From the NCBI RefSeq assembly GCF_000006405.1, contig NW_003201530.1, forward strand, positions 1 through 64,000: 64,000 nt of DNA, given 5' to 3'. The notes under the pieces were generated by a model. The model saw only the letters and a program-made list of their open reading frames with translations. It was not told the DNA's origin and did not search any database. Position numbers and translations under genes: made by a program. This document shows positions 13,402 through 26,408 of this stretch, in pieces (the first letter of the stretch is position 1; every line of letters starts with the position of its first letter). The stretch comes from Perkinsus marinus ATCC 50983. Taxonomy: Eukaryota.

Positions 13402-15770
13402 TTACAAACCACCACGTGCTCATCATTGTTCCAAGTGTAAACGATGTGTAGATCGAATGGACCATCACTGTGATGTCACCGGTGAGCTCAGCAACAGTGT
13501 TGGAGGAATATTTATTTCGAAAAGTTCATGCGTGTGGAAGTGTATAGAAAGCAATGGGAAATTCTCCAGGTTTTATATTGTTACTAGTACATGTAGTTAA
13601 CCATGCGCATATTTTTCTCCCACACTGCCTAAGGAAACTTCTGAGTGTTACAGCAGGGTAGTTCAGCAACAGTGTTGGAGGAATATATATTCGCTTTCGA
13701 CTCAGCAGAGTTAGAGAGTTTTCTTTTCACTAGAAAAATTCGGCTAGAAGTGTACAGAAATCGATATGAATTTTCATATTGTCACCAACACATGTAGTTG
13801 ACCATGTGCATGTTTTCCCACCACACTGCCGTGCGTCGGAGTTTACGTTTAAGTTACAGCGGTGTAGCTCAGCGACAATGTTGGTTTTTAATTAATCATA
13901 GAAGTTTATATATATGAGTTTGTGTAGAAGTGTATAGGAAGCAATAGGAAATTTCCCAGGTTTTATATTGTTACTAGTACGTGTAGTTGACCATGTGCGT
14001 ATTTTTTTCTCCCACACTGCCGTGCGTCTGAGTGCACTTTCAAGTTGCAGTGGAGTAGCTCAGCAACAGTGTCGGTTTTAAATGGATGATAGAAGTTTAC
14101 ATATGTGAATTCGGGTAGAAGTGTATAGAAACCAATGGGAAATTTTTAAGAATTTATATTGTCACCAACACATGTAGTTGACCATGTGCATATTTCCCTC
14201 CCACACTGCCTTTCCTCTAAGTCAGTGAACAAAGCACATCTCTAATGAGTATAGGTGTGTATCGGCATTTTGTATAATATTTGAAAATAAAATTCCATAG
14301 TAAAAACTACTGTTGGAGGAATATATGTTGGCTTTTTTCAGCAGAGTTCAGGAGTGTCCTCACTGATTTTGGTAGTTTACATACGAATCTGGGTAGAAGT
14401 GTACAGAAACCAACACGAATTTGCTGACACTGTCACCAACACATGTGCATGTTTTCCTCGCATTTCGAGGGTAGCGGTTCTCTAATACATCACGGAGAGT
14501 TAGTCGGCTGTTTTAGTAGCGATGCTCTTCAGGAAACTGCGTTGGCGCTCGCAATCAGGGGTCGTTCATATTGGTGTTCATATTTGGCTCGGCAGCTTGC
14601 GTCTATGCACAGTAAGTGTTCTCTCATCAGTGGAGTTTCACCCTAGTGATATGAAAAACGCTAGTGAAAAAACATAGTTCACGACTACTGCGAATATCGC
14701 GTTTTTCACGGAGTATCACACTTTGCACAGTAAGTGTCTTCTCATCAATGGAGGTTCACCCTAGTGATATGAAAAGCACTAGTGAAACAACATATTTCAC
14801 GACTACTGCATATCGCCGCGAATATCGCGTTTTTCACAGAGTATTACACCACTTCACGTTAAACGGGTGAAACTCCAATTTATTATTTTCCCATCGAGAT
14901 ACATGATCTGGTCGACCGTCCTTCTTAAGGAGGGGTTCCCCAATCTTTTCCTAGGGGTTAAGCTCAGCACTTGGCAGTATGTAACGTATGGTCACTTTGC
15001 TCTGCCCCTCGGTCTCTATGTGCACTTAAATACCATAATTCCAGTAAGTTTGGGGGAAAAATATGAAAATTCTGAGGAAATTTCTATCCGAATTTGTATG
15101 GGAAGTTTCATAATTAGTGAGGAAGCTCCTGAGCTCAGCTGAGGAAAACGAACATATTTTTATACTCCAACACGGCTAGGGGATCCAAATATACCGAGGA
15201 CGTGCGCGAATTAACGAAATGGGTAGAAAATTAAATTGTTCTGGAAATGCTGTGCAGTGCGAAGCAAACAGTTATGCATATGTAGATTTTCGAGATGGCT
15301 TTCTTCAATTCGAGAGTAATACGAATATAGACTACGGAACGCTTCTAAAACGTTGGTGTCAATCGATTCACATTGTTATCATGTTGATATTACTCAAAGT
15401 TGGCTTTCGGAGGTGTTGAAAATATTACTTTGCATAATAACGGTTTGGTTGTTGTTCTCACTGTAAGTTTCTGCGTTGATACTCAGTCCTGTGCCGGCGG
15501 GGCTACTCTGATGCTACTGGCGACCTTTGGGGCTCTGATAGCCCTGGCCTTTATGTTTTGGGGGCAGTGTGGTCAGATCATGCGAAATGTAACTTTCCTT
15601 GAGAAACGTCCATATAAGGCTGAGTGAGATGGCTACTCTTGGAAAGACTAAATCAACTTGTTAGGTTTTTGGAAATCGCGCCGAAGACGTGGTGCCCTAT
15701 AGGGCCTCGGTTTTACGATTCGGGGTCGATCTTGACCAACATCAGGGAGATCTTTGGAGACAATTTTTGG
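13402..15770 (+). CDS. DHHC palmitoyltransferase, partial, allele 1
   Basis: Exon 13402-13481 ([27 protein letters not shown]) splices to exon 14533-14611 ([18 protein letters not shown]). Later exons give NVTFLE (TTxE-like) and [15 protein letters not shown]. Confidence 0.92.
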
Positions 15771-17101
15771 GTAGAAGTTGATATTCATACAGCTTGGTGG
15801 GATAACGTGTTGCTAATGTGATGATGACATTTACATGGGAAACTGATTGAAGAATGTGTTCCTAGCCATCCGTGGAAAATTCAAAATGAGTTTCGCCTCT
15901 CGGGAACATTATAGGTTTCCTGATGATCCCCAGGGCTCGATAAAAAATTTATAAGGAGTTTTCTCCCGAGAATGTAAGAGGTTCCTGGGTGATTTACTTG
16001 GCAACTGTGACGCACTCTTCTATGAGTCCTTATAACGCTGAGGACTTTATAGTCTTTTATCTATCTCTCGGAACCCCAATTCCGTCTGCCTACATCACCC
16101 CGAATTTGTAAATTGTCACAGTTGAATTCAAAACATAAGAATTTGGAGAATCAATTTTCAATCAGCGGCCGTCAAGGGCGTGCGCTATTCACATTAGAGT
16201 ACCTGGCACGACGATCGGATGAATTTATGTTACAACGAGCTCTTGATATTATTATATTTCATCATATCATATTTTATTTCTATTTAACTATATGATTGAT
16301 ATTATAGCCTGTTATTACTGTTTGATGGAGTTTCACGTGAAATGGCGTAAAACTCGGTGAAAAAGCGATATTCGCGGTGATATGCAGTAGTCGTAAAATA
16401 TGTTTTTCACTAGTGTTCTTCATATCACTAGGGTGAAACTCTAATACATAGTTATATTTCATCTTAATGATGATAACTACTATGTATATTTCTGATAATA
16501 ACACCATATGGATATCATGATAAGACTAATTTATATATTACGTTCAGTTGCGACTCCTCGTGCCGTTGCCGTCGTCTATGCTCAATGGTCCCGACTCCCG
16601 GAACTACCCCTTTGTTGCCGCGGCTGGCAAGGAAGCACTTAATTTGGTGAGTGCAGCATTTTCAAGTCAAATTAATTTCCTCTCCATACGCACATTATCA
16701 TTGCGCATGTGCTTGTTTACACTAAACTCATAGACATTCAAATAAACTGAGTAAAACAGTAATTTTTTTTATTTCATCAACACCGTGGCTTAACGAAAAT
16801 TCGTAAAAAATAAACTTGTCGGGCAAGAATGAGGACGATGAAGTGAACCGAATGTTGAAAAGTAACTATAGTATTTCCAGGTCAATTTAAGCTGTTACTG
16901 CTCAAACAAACCGGGTATAACATTAATTTTTTGGAGTATTTTGTTAAAACCGCTAAGTAAAATGTTAGCGAGAAAGATTGAACGTAAACCGAATAGGTTT
17001 TGAAAAATCAAACTATTTTATATGATCAGATAGAGGTAATATATACCTATATTACTGTATCGTGTATTTGATGTGAATATATCATTAATATTTATTATAA
17101 T

Positions 17102-17221
17102 GGAGTTTCACCCCAGTGATATGAAAAACACACTAGTGAAAAATATATTCCACGACTTCTGCATAGCGCTGCAAATATCACGTTTTTCACCGAGTATTAC
17201 ACGTAAAACGGGTGGAACTCC
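17102..17221. mobile_element. MITE family C (~120 bp, TIR GGAGTTTCACC, 3-bp ANT TSD); other copies at ~10711, 14632, 14750, 16327, 17275, 21032-21409, 34724-34844, 36316, 37577, 38613, 39132, 41930 and 56037
   Basis: AAT|GGAG...CTCC|AAT here; ATT/ATT at 34724-34844; AGT/AGT at ~38613-38723. Confidence 0.85.
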
Positions 17222-17929
17222 AATAAATGAATGATTTATAACACAATATTGATATAATTTTATGTTAATGTATTGGAGTTTCACCCGTGATATGCGAAAC
17301 ACTAGTGGAAAACATATTTCACGTAAAACGGGCGAAACTTTATTATATTTTACATGACTAGCTTGACTGAATTGATTTGACCTGAAAATGTTAGACATGG
17401 TTTTGATGGGAATCGGTGAGTTGTGTGTATATGTGTCAGGTGAAACAGAGAAAGGCTGACGTGGAAGCTTCGGTGATTAAACCTCAGCCGATTACGAGTT
17501 TGAGCTCAGTTGGTATCGATACAGGCCACTATATTTGAGAATGATTTGTGATCTCAGAGTTGCTTGTGTTGTTTCTACCGGTATTTTTGAGCATAGTAAA
17601 GATCTAATACTACAGTGTGAACAACCAAACCGTTGTAATACTGTACTTCCAACACCTTCAAAAGTCAACTTTGAGTAATATTAACATGATAACAATGTGA
17701 ATCGATTGACACCAACGTTTTAGAAGCGTTCCGTAGTCTATATTCGTATTACTCTCGAATTGAAGAAAGTCATCTCGATAATCTAAATATGCATAGCTGT
17801 AGTATGGGAGAATATGCACATGGTTAACCCCATGTGTCGGTCACAATATAGGAACTTGGAGAGCACTTGGGATTTTTTACTGATTCAATTCTATTGAACA
17901 TCTTGAAAATAGATGGAGTCTGATTCACG

Positions 17930-18002
17930 GCCGGGATAGTCTAGCGGTTATGACGTCTGCCTTACACGCAGAAGGTCGCGAGTTCGATCCTCGCTCCTGG
18001 TA
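17930..18002 (+). tRNA. tRNA-Val(TAC)
   Basis: Cloverleaf with GCCGGGA/TCCTGGT acceptor, TCTGC-CTTACAC-GCAGA anticodon arm and GCGAG-TTCGATC-CTCGC T-arm. Confidence 0.95.
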
Positions 18003-19182
18003 AATCTTCGTAGAAAACACCCACGATATCCTACTGACTTTTGATATCGCTGGCAGTGGAATACAGAAACACTTTTACATGTACTTGTAGTTGTACCTGA
18101 AATTCGGACCTGCAATGGATAAAGTAACATTCATATATCAATTTTGGCCTAAACCGAATTGAAATTATGCGATACCCATCTACATCAGTAGTTCAATCTC
18201 AGCTCGCCCAGTGCTGAGAAGAATCTTCTCAGAAGATCATGCCCTCGGCAAGCTCAGTGTAAGTTTAACGGTTGTTGAGCTATCAGTGTTGTCGCTGAGC
18301 TCGTTTAACGGGGATCCTAAGGAGTCTCTCAAGCACTAGAGAACTCAACCGAGGATGAAGAAGAACTTGAATGGCGTCGACTCAGGGTCTGCAGTGTGGG
18401 TATATATATTTATATTATTTAATGGTATAATACAATATAGATAACAATTAGTACGTCCCTCGACATATTCTTAGCATATTCGGTTTCTCGACTCGTGGAC
18501 AGACAGCTCAACGAGAACCATATGTGGAGAAATTGTTTTCACCGCTTTTCGACTTCCACGAAGAGTTAGGCCCTGAAACTTGGAGGTTATATTATGCGGA
18601 GCATAAGAGCATACCTCCCTGAGCTGCAAAATGGTTCTCGTGGAAGGGTGTAGCTTCCAAATTTGTTGACAAGTTGTAAATCGTATGTCGTCAGGATAGG
18701 TTCGTGATTCTAGCGAACGTCGCATCGCTCCGCTTTCTCGGTTAGGAGCAAGTCCCTAAGCTCCTTAAGGGCACCTTAGAAATAGGAATTCGGTACCGCT
18801 CCTCAGAAATGAATACTTATAAGGAAACGCTCCTTAAATGATAAGGGTTAAGAATTCTAACTTTTGAGGTATGCCTTGAAGAGCAGTTTTTAAGTTAGAG
18901 GTGTGCCGGTTTGGCTAAGTGTTGTGTCACAGCAGGTTGCTCTGTGTAATTGTGGTGAGATTCTTAGCTTGTCTCCTTTGTCGCTAGTCCTAATCAGCTG
19001 TAATACATAAGTTCGTAGATTTCATTCCTGTTGTTATCTATTAATTACCACTTACTGGTAATTGGGTTATTGTGTTAAGCAATCCAAGGTCTGATACTCA
19101 ATTACTGGCACATTCTACCGGGATATATTTCAACTGTTGACTACTATCGGTTCGTCGAGATTCACTTTGATTGAGAATTGTG

Positions 19183-19935
19183 ATGTCTACTGCTGCTAGA
19201 AGCCATGGTAACTCGGTTGATGATGAGGAGATCCGTCGTTTGGCAGAGCGGTTATCAGCAATGTCTCTTAATCTGCCTGTCACTGGTACGTCGCCATCTC
19301 TGCCAACTAGTAGAACTGCCCATGTATCGTGTTTCTCTTTCCTTAGAAGCATTTTCTCCCCTTCTCGGAGATCAAATGGTCGACAACTCAGAGCGACTGT
19401 AAGGCCAGTTGGTACTGCTCAGAGTGACCCAGGTGTGGTCACAGTTACCCAACAAGCTCAATCCGATGTTGTTGACGGGCCTGATGTTACTTTATCATCA
19501 ATAGCAGAGGAAGCTCCGCTAAAGTCGTCGATTGTTGTGCCTCCAAGAGATAAGGCTGGTCTCATAGAGGCAAGAGGTTCTGGAGATGCTGACGACTTAT
19601 TGAATGGGTTGTCTCCGAGTGAACTGCAGAAGATCTATGATAACTCGGTAAAGAGAGCTGAGAAGGCGGCATTGCCACCTGGAGGATTATTCAAAGGTTT
19701 TAAAGATACTCGGTCGGTTCTCTCTTTCCTACATGAGTGTGAACGCACTCCTTCGTGGGACATTGGTTATGGTCCTAGTGCTGCTTTCTTCCAAGGCATT
19801 TATTTGGAAAGGTGTTTGTCTGATGTTATTCGACAGACCGTGGTTGATGGTGTTGATAGACGTTTACTCCAACAAGGATATTCCAGTTATCGCAAGCTGT
19901 TCGGCGAGCCGGATGTATTCGATCTGAGTTGGTAG
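19183..19935 (+). CDS. Putative gag N-terminus of family 1 element
   Basis: Intronless ORF beginning 70 nt after the 5' LTR; assigned by position only. Confidence 0.6.
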   Translation: MSTAARSHGNSVDDEEIRRLAERLSAMSLNLPVTGTSPSLPTSRTAHVSCFSFLRSIFSPSRRSNGRQLRATVRPVGTAQSDPGVVTVTQQAQSDVVDGPDVTLSSIAEEAPLKSSIVVPPRDKAGLIEARGSGDADDLLNGLSPSELQKIYDNSVKRAEKAALPPGGLFKGFKDTRSVLSFLHECERTPSWDIGYGPSAAFFQGIYLERCLSDVIRQTVVDGVDRRLLQQGYSSYRKLFGEPDVFDLSW

Positions 19936-20215
19936 AACGTTTCTTCTATAGAATCCCGTCGTATATTGATTGATCNNNNNNNNNNNNNNNNNNNNNNNNN
20001 NNNNNNNNNNNNNNNNNNNNNNNNNNNNNNNNNNNNNNNNNNNNNNNNNNNNNNNNNNNNNNNNNNNNNNNNNNNTTTGGGAGATTACTGTTGACTGCTG
20101 TATGTTTCTCCGCGAATGTGTATATTAACTTCTATCACAATTACTAAGGAAACTACTGAGCTGAGCTGAGCTGATGAAAACTAAGACACTGGCCGTTGAA
20201 GTGGTCACTTGTCAG

Positions 20216-22299
20216 TTACAAACCACCACGTGCTCATCATTGTTCCAAGTGTAAACGATGTGTGGATCGAATGGACCATCACTGTGATGTCACCGGTGAG
20301 CTCAGCAACAGTGTTGCAGGAATATTTATTTCGAAGAGTTCATGCGTGTAGAAGTGTATAGAAAGCAATGGGAAATTCCCCAGGTTTTATATTGTTACTA
20401 GTACATGTAGTTGACCATGTGCATATTTTCCTCCCAGACTGCCTAAGAAAACTTCTGAGTGTTACACCAGGGTAGTTTAGCAACAGTGTTGGAGGAATAT
20501 ATATTTCGAAAAGTTGATGTATGAATTTGTGTAGAAGTGTATAGAAAGCAATGGGAAATTCCCCAGGTTTTATATTGTTACCAACCCATGTAGTTGACCA
20601 TGTGCATATTTTCCTCCCACACTGCCTTTCCTCCTAGTAGGAAGCAATGCCATACAGGTGTATCGGCATTTTGTAGAATATTTGAAAGTAAAATTCCATA
20701 GTAGAAACTACTGTTGGAGGAATATATGTTGGCTTTTTTCAGCTGAGTTCAGGAGTGTCCTCACTGATTTTGGTAGTTTATATACGAATCTGGGTGGAAG
20801 TGTACAGAAACCAACACGATTTTGCTTACACTGTCACCAACACATGTGCATGTTTTCCTCGCATTTCGAGGGTAGTCGTACTTTAATACATCACAGAGAG
20901 TTAGTCGGCTGTTTTAGTAGCGATGCTCTTCAGGAAACTGCATTGGCGCTCGCAATCAGGGGTCGTTCATATTGGTATTCATATTTGGCTCGGCAGCTTG
21001 CGTCTATGCACAGTAAGTGTCTTCTTATCAGTGGAGGTTCACCCTAGTGATATGAAAAACCCTAGTGAAAAACATAGTTCACGACTACTGCGAATATCGG
21101 GTTTTTCACAGAGTATTACATTATGCACAGTAAGTCTCTTCTCATCAATGGAGTTTTACCCTAGTGATATGAAAAACACTAGTGAAACAACATATTTCAC
21201 AACTACTGCATAGCGCCGCGAATATCGAGTTTTTCACCGAGTTTCACACTATGCACAGTAAGGTTTTTTCTTTCTCATCAGTAGAGGTTCACCCTAGTGA
21301 TATGAAAAGCACTAGTGAAACAACATATTTCACGACTGCTGCATATCGCCGCGAACATCGCGTTTTTCGCAGAGTATTACACCACTTCACGTTAAACGGG
21401 TGAAACTCCAATTTATCTTTTTCCCGTCGAGATACATGATCTGGTCGACCGTCCTTCTTAAGGAGGGGTTCCCCAATCTCTTCCTAGGGGTTAAGCTCAA
21501 CACTTGGCAGTATGTAACGTACGGTCACTTTGCTCTGCCCCTTGGCCTCTATGTGCACTTGAGTACCATAATTCCTGTAAGTTTGGGGGGGGGGGGGGGG
21601 AAATATGAAAATTCTGAGGAAATTTCTATCTGAATTTGTATGTGAAGGTTGATAATTAGTGAGGAAGCTCCTGAGCTCAGCTGAGGAAAGCGAACATATT
21701 TTTATACTCCAACACGGCTAGGGAATCCAAATCTACCGAAGATGTGCGAGAATTAACCAAATGGGTAGAAAATTAAATTGTTCTGGAAATTCTGTGCAGT
21801 GCGAAGCAAACAGTTATGCATATGTAGATTTTCGAGATGGCTTTCTTCAATTCGAGAGTAATACGAATATAGACTACGGAACGCTTCTAAAACGTTGGTG
21901 TCAATCGATTCACATTGTTATCATGTTGATATTACTCAACGTTGACTGAAATATTACTTGGCATAATAACGGTTTGGTTGTTGTTCACACTGTAAGTTTC
22001 TGCGTTGATACTCAGTCCTGTGCCGGTGGGGCCACTCTGATGCTACTGGCGACCTTTGGTGCTCTGATAGCCCTGGCCTTTATGTTTTGGGGGCAGTGTG
22101 GACAGATCATGCGAAATGTAACTTTCCTTGAGAAACGTCCATATAAGGCTGAGTGAGATTGCCACTCTTGGAAAGACTAAATCGACTTGTTAGGTTTTTG
22201 GAAATCGCGCCGAAGACGTGGTGCCCTATAGGGCCTCGGTTTTACGATTCGGGGTCGATTTTGACCAACATCAGGGAGATCTTTGGAGACAATTTTTGG
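20216..22299 (+). CDS. DHHC palmitoyltransferase, partial, allele 2 (contig 20076-22823)
   Basis: Colinear near-copy of 13270-16300. Confidence 0.9.
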
Positions 22300-22923
22300 G
22301 TAGAAGTTGATATTCATACAGCTTGGCGGAATAACGTGTTTCTAATGACATTTACATGGGAAACTGATTGAAGAACGTCTTCCTAGCCATGTGTGGAAAA
22401 TTCAAAATGAGTTTCGCCTCCTGGGAACATTATAGGCTTCCTGATGATCCCCAGGGCTCGATAAAAAATTTATAAGGAGTTTTCTCCCGAGAATGTAAGA
22501 GGTTCCTGGGTGATTCACTTGGAAACTGTGACGCACTCTTCTATGAGTCCCTATAACGCTGAGGACTTTATAGTTTTTTATCCATCTCTCGGAACGCGAA
22601 TTTCGTCTGCCTACATCACGCCGAATTTGTAAATTGTCACAGTTAAATTCAAAACATAAGAATTTGGAAAATTAATTTCTAATCAGCGGCCGTCAAGGGC
22701 GTGCGCTATTCACATTGGGGTACCTGACACAACTATTAGATGAATTTATGTTACAACGAGCTCTTCATATTATTACATTTCATCATATCATATTTTATTT
22801 CTATTTAACTATATGATTGATATNNNNNNNNNNNNNNNNNNNNNNNNNNNNNNNNNNNNNNNNNNNNNNNNNNNNNNNNNNNNNNNNNNNNNNNNNNNNN
22901 NNNNNNNNNNNNNNNNNNNNNNN

Positions 22924-25340
22924 CAGCCAAAAGCATCGAGCTATCTGATCCGACTTTTATGGGACGACTGACAATCCAAATGGTGACAGGGTTATCGGTC
23001 AATCATCTAGTTTGGTACAACTCGGGTATGTATGGTGTATTGATGAGGATTCTATCACTATACAAATACCTAAGGTTGGTCAATCTCCGCTGACTACACG
23101 CCGTCTGTCCTTTAAGCAACTGTCCAAGTTGTATGATCCATTAGGTCTATATATAGAAGTGGTAGCGAGACAACGACTACTACTCAGTCTTATCTCTGGT
23201 AGTACGCACTCGTGGGATTCTATGGATGTTTCGACCAAACTAGCTCAGGCAGTTCAGAGTTTTCTTCCCTCATCTCTTCCACATCAACCCCGATTCTGCG
23301 ACTTGCGAGAAGGGCTGGTTATCTTTTGCGACGCTGCAGGTAGTGGATGTATATGTTGTGATGCCCGCAGTGTTGCTGATGGGCGTAGGTTGTTAGCCTA
23401 TCAAGCTACACTCAATGCTAAATGGTCAGTAGCACGGTTAGAGCTATGTGCATTGGTCGCTGGGGTCAAGTTGTTGGAAGAGATTCTGGAACAGCGAGAT
23501 GTAGTATTGGATGGTCACAATACTATCTCTGGTATTTGGATTTGTACAGACTCTCAGCTAAATGCGTGGCGTGTGAAGCGAGATCCGCGTTTGGATGAGA
23601 AGTACTTACCACCTTTTGAACGACGTCGTGTGAGCCTTCTAAGAAGGCCCTTCTTCGAAGTAGTCTGTCTTCGTTAGCTTCTAAAACACTATTGCCGATC
23701 CGTCTTGCCCATGTCTCGGGGCGGGAGAATCCTGCGGATAGAGGTACCCGGCCTTCTATTACGACTATGAGTGAGTTCATGAAGTTGACTGCCACTGATA
23801 TGAAGTCTATTCTTCAGAAGCTCACAGTTATCACGGTGTTTTTAGAGACTATTCAGGATGAGCAAAATCCTGATGAGTTCTCTATTAAAGATACTATTTC
23901 CGAACAAGAACCATGTATACACCTCGTTGGAGCTGTTTTCACTGCTCATAAAGAAAATGAGGATATAGTGTTGGATCAGCAATTGCTCAATACTGTACGT
24001 ATTGCTCAGAAGTTCTCTCCCGAGGTTAATGATCTGCGACGTAAAGCTGCTACTTCCTCGGATGTGTTGGTTGGTTACGTGGTTCGTGATGATCTGCTCT
24101 ACCGTGTTGGTAGCGTAGCTCTCAGCGATTCTGATAGAGGTAGCTGTGTTACTTCTCAGATTGTTGTGCCTGAGAATCGAGTGGATGTGCAATTCGAGGT
24201 TGTGAAATATTTCCATGACCTACATGGTGGCCATCCAGGAAGAGCTGCGCTTACACGTTGGATATGGCGTCACTTCTACTGGAAGAGATTAGATCAACGA
24301 GTCCGATCCTTCAATAGAGACTGTCTGGGATGCCAAGCTCGGCAACAAGCAGCTAATAGGAAACGTGTAATGTCGTCTAGACCGCCAGCTTGTCCAGTGC
24401 GTTTTGGTCCGTTTGCTATTGCTTACTTTGACAGCAGTGGACCTTATCAGTTCGTTTATGAGGAGAACGGTCAGAAAAGGACGGGCAAGTTCTACTTATT
24501 TTCGCTGGTTTGCCAATCTACTCGCTATATTCGTGTCCTTCCTACTGTGGATAAATCTGCAGCCGCTGCCTCACAAGCCCTATATCAACTACTGGCTGAG
24601 GAAGGACGACGTCCTTCGGACGTGTGAGTCTACTGGTGACTGATCAGGCGTTATGCCTTCCAGTCGTGGCCGCCGTGGTGAAGGAATTTGGTGGTTTGTT
24701 GGTTCCTGCACCTGCTAGGGGTGAAGAACTCCGAGGTTGGGGTGAGAGGCCACATAAAGATCTTCATTCTATCGTTAGAGGATCATTGTTTGACCTCAAG
24801 AAGCTGCCTACTAGGAATGAGTTGCTTCGCTTATTCTATAAGGCAGCTATGGTGGTGAATATGACCCCTTACACTGATTCAAGCCCTTTATGCCCTTTTT
24901 TATTGTGTCGTGGTCATGATCGCTTGATTGGCGATCCTGGTGCTATTGAAGAAGCTGAGGGCATTCGCAAAGCAGTATATGAGGGGTTGGAACCGCCATC
25001 GTGGTGGGCAGAAGTTAATACAGAAGATTATTTATCCATCTTGGAGCAAGGCCGTGCAACGAGATTGGCTGAATTGGCTGATATCTGGTGGCTTAAGCGC
25101 CGTGCCGTTCGTGAGAAGTTACTTGGTCGATTCCTTCGTCATGCTGCAAGGGGATTATGTGAGAATTTACAAGCCTTTAGGTGGCGACCACAGCTAGGGA
25201 TCTTCGGCAAGCTCAACACTGGCTGGCAGCCCGTGACGTTACTTAAGAAGAAGAGTGACAGTGTATGGCTAGTACGTCTCGAGGATGGGAGAGAAGTTGA
25301 CGAGTCAGTGCTTAACTTGCGCATTCCATCTGCTAAGTGA
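22924..25340 (+). CDS. pol (RT end, RNase H, integrase) of family 1, with ~2 frameshifts
   Basis: Pao-type motifs LYDPLG, IFCDA, RLELCA, CTDSQ, HVSGRENPADRGTR; integrase HDLHGGH...CLGC, FDSSGP, LVTDQ, ERPHK. Confidence 0.88.
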
Positions 25341-26029
25341 CCTTTGGGCGGGAGTGTGCCGGTTTGGCTAAGTGTTGTGTCACAGCAGGTTGCTCTGTGT
25401 AATTGTGGTGAGATTCTTAGCTTGTCTCCTTTGTCGCTAGTCCTAATCAGCTGTAATACATAAGTTCGTAGATTTCATTCCTGTTGTTATCTATTAATTA
25501 CCACTTACTGGTAATTGGGTTTTTGTGTTAAGCAATCCAAGGTCTGATACTCAATTACTGGCACAGAGGCCCATTAAATCCACATCACTAATTTAATCGC
25601 TGTTTTCCAGACTCCATCACTAAGTGTTTCCATCGGGATTCAACAAACTATCACTTTGCAATGAGATGCGTACTTACAACTCGACACAAACAATATTGAT
25701 ATAACATGGAAAAATTTCATTATTCTGATATGATGAAGAAGTTCGAGATTGCTGAGACTCTCCACATGCTGAAGACAATTGCCAGCCAGGTCCCGAGCAG
25801 AGGCTAACTCGAGTAATAGAGTAGGTAAGTATATGCGTCCAATAGAATGGTGCAGATGGCAATATCTCCACTCGAACGAAATACGCATGCGATTTCCACA
25901 CGCGATTACATCGAGTAACAGAGATCGAANNNNNNNNNNNNNNNNNNNNNNNNNNNNNNNNNNNNNNNNNNNNNNNNNNNNNNNNNNNNNNNNNNNNNNN
26001 NNNNNNNNNNNNNNNNNNNNNNNNNNNNN

Positions 26030-26408
26030 CTTCGAATAGATGCTCGCTGCCGAACTCATCCGTCAACCCCCAATGAGCGTGGAATTGGCTCAAAATGAAG
26101 ATGTCACTGTCATAGTTGCGGACGTTACCAATTGTGTACCTCTCCTCGTCATCATTGACCACCACATCGATACCGTGATCAGAAATACTCAAAGTAGCAT
26201 TATCGACGATATCGTAAATAATTTGCAGGTCATGCATTGTGACCGATTGATCAACAGCAACGGTCTCAATGGATATCGGTGATTGAGATTCGCCAATTGT
26301 ACACATACCAGGCCACGAATTCTGGTCATCGTAGGTCCAATGGGCGCCACAGGCTGCGACATATGATAGGATCATAGCGATATGGACGATCATGAAGCTT
26401 TTCATCAT
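26030..26408 (-). CDS. Alpha-carbonic anhydrase with signal peptide; 3' part lost in gap
   Basis: HWTYDDQNSWP, C...QSPISI, QFHAHWG...GSEH motifs. Confidence 0.92.

Larger units (their letters stand above)
18902..25565 (+). mobile_element. BEL/Pao-like LTR retrotransposon (family 1), interrupted by gaps and an unrelated contig
   Basis: 211-bp LTRs at 18902-19112 and 25355-25565 (TG...CA, one mismatch seen); GAGG TSD on both sides; purine tract GGGCGGGAG before the 3' LTR. Confidence 0.92.

Noticed and set aside
20076..22823. Host DHHC gene captured by an LTR element
   Set aside because: Both junctions are 100-N gaps and the contig retains introns; it is better explained as a misplaced allelic contig.
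25590..25929. Continuation of carbonic anhydrase after the gap
   Set aside because: The ORF joins only through Ns, and no CA motifs were recognised beyond the gap.
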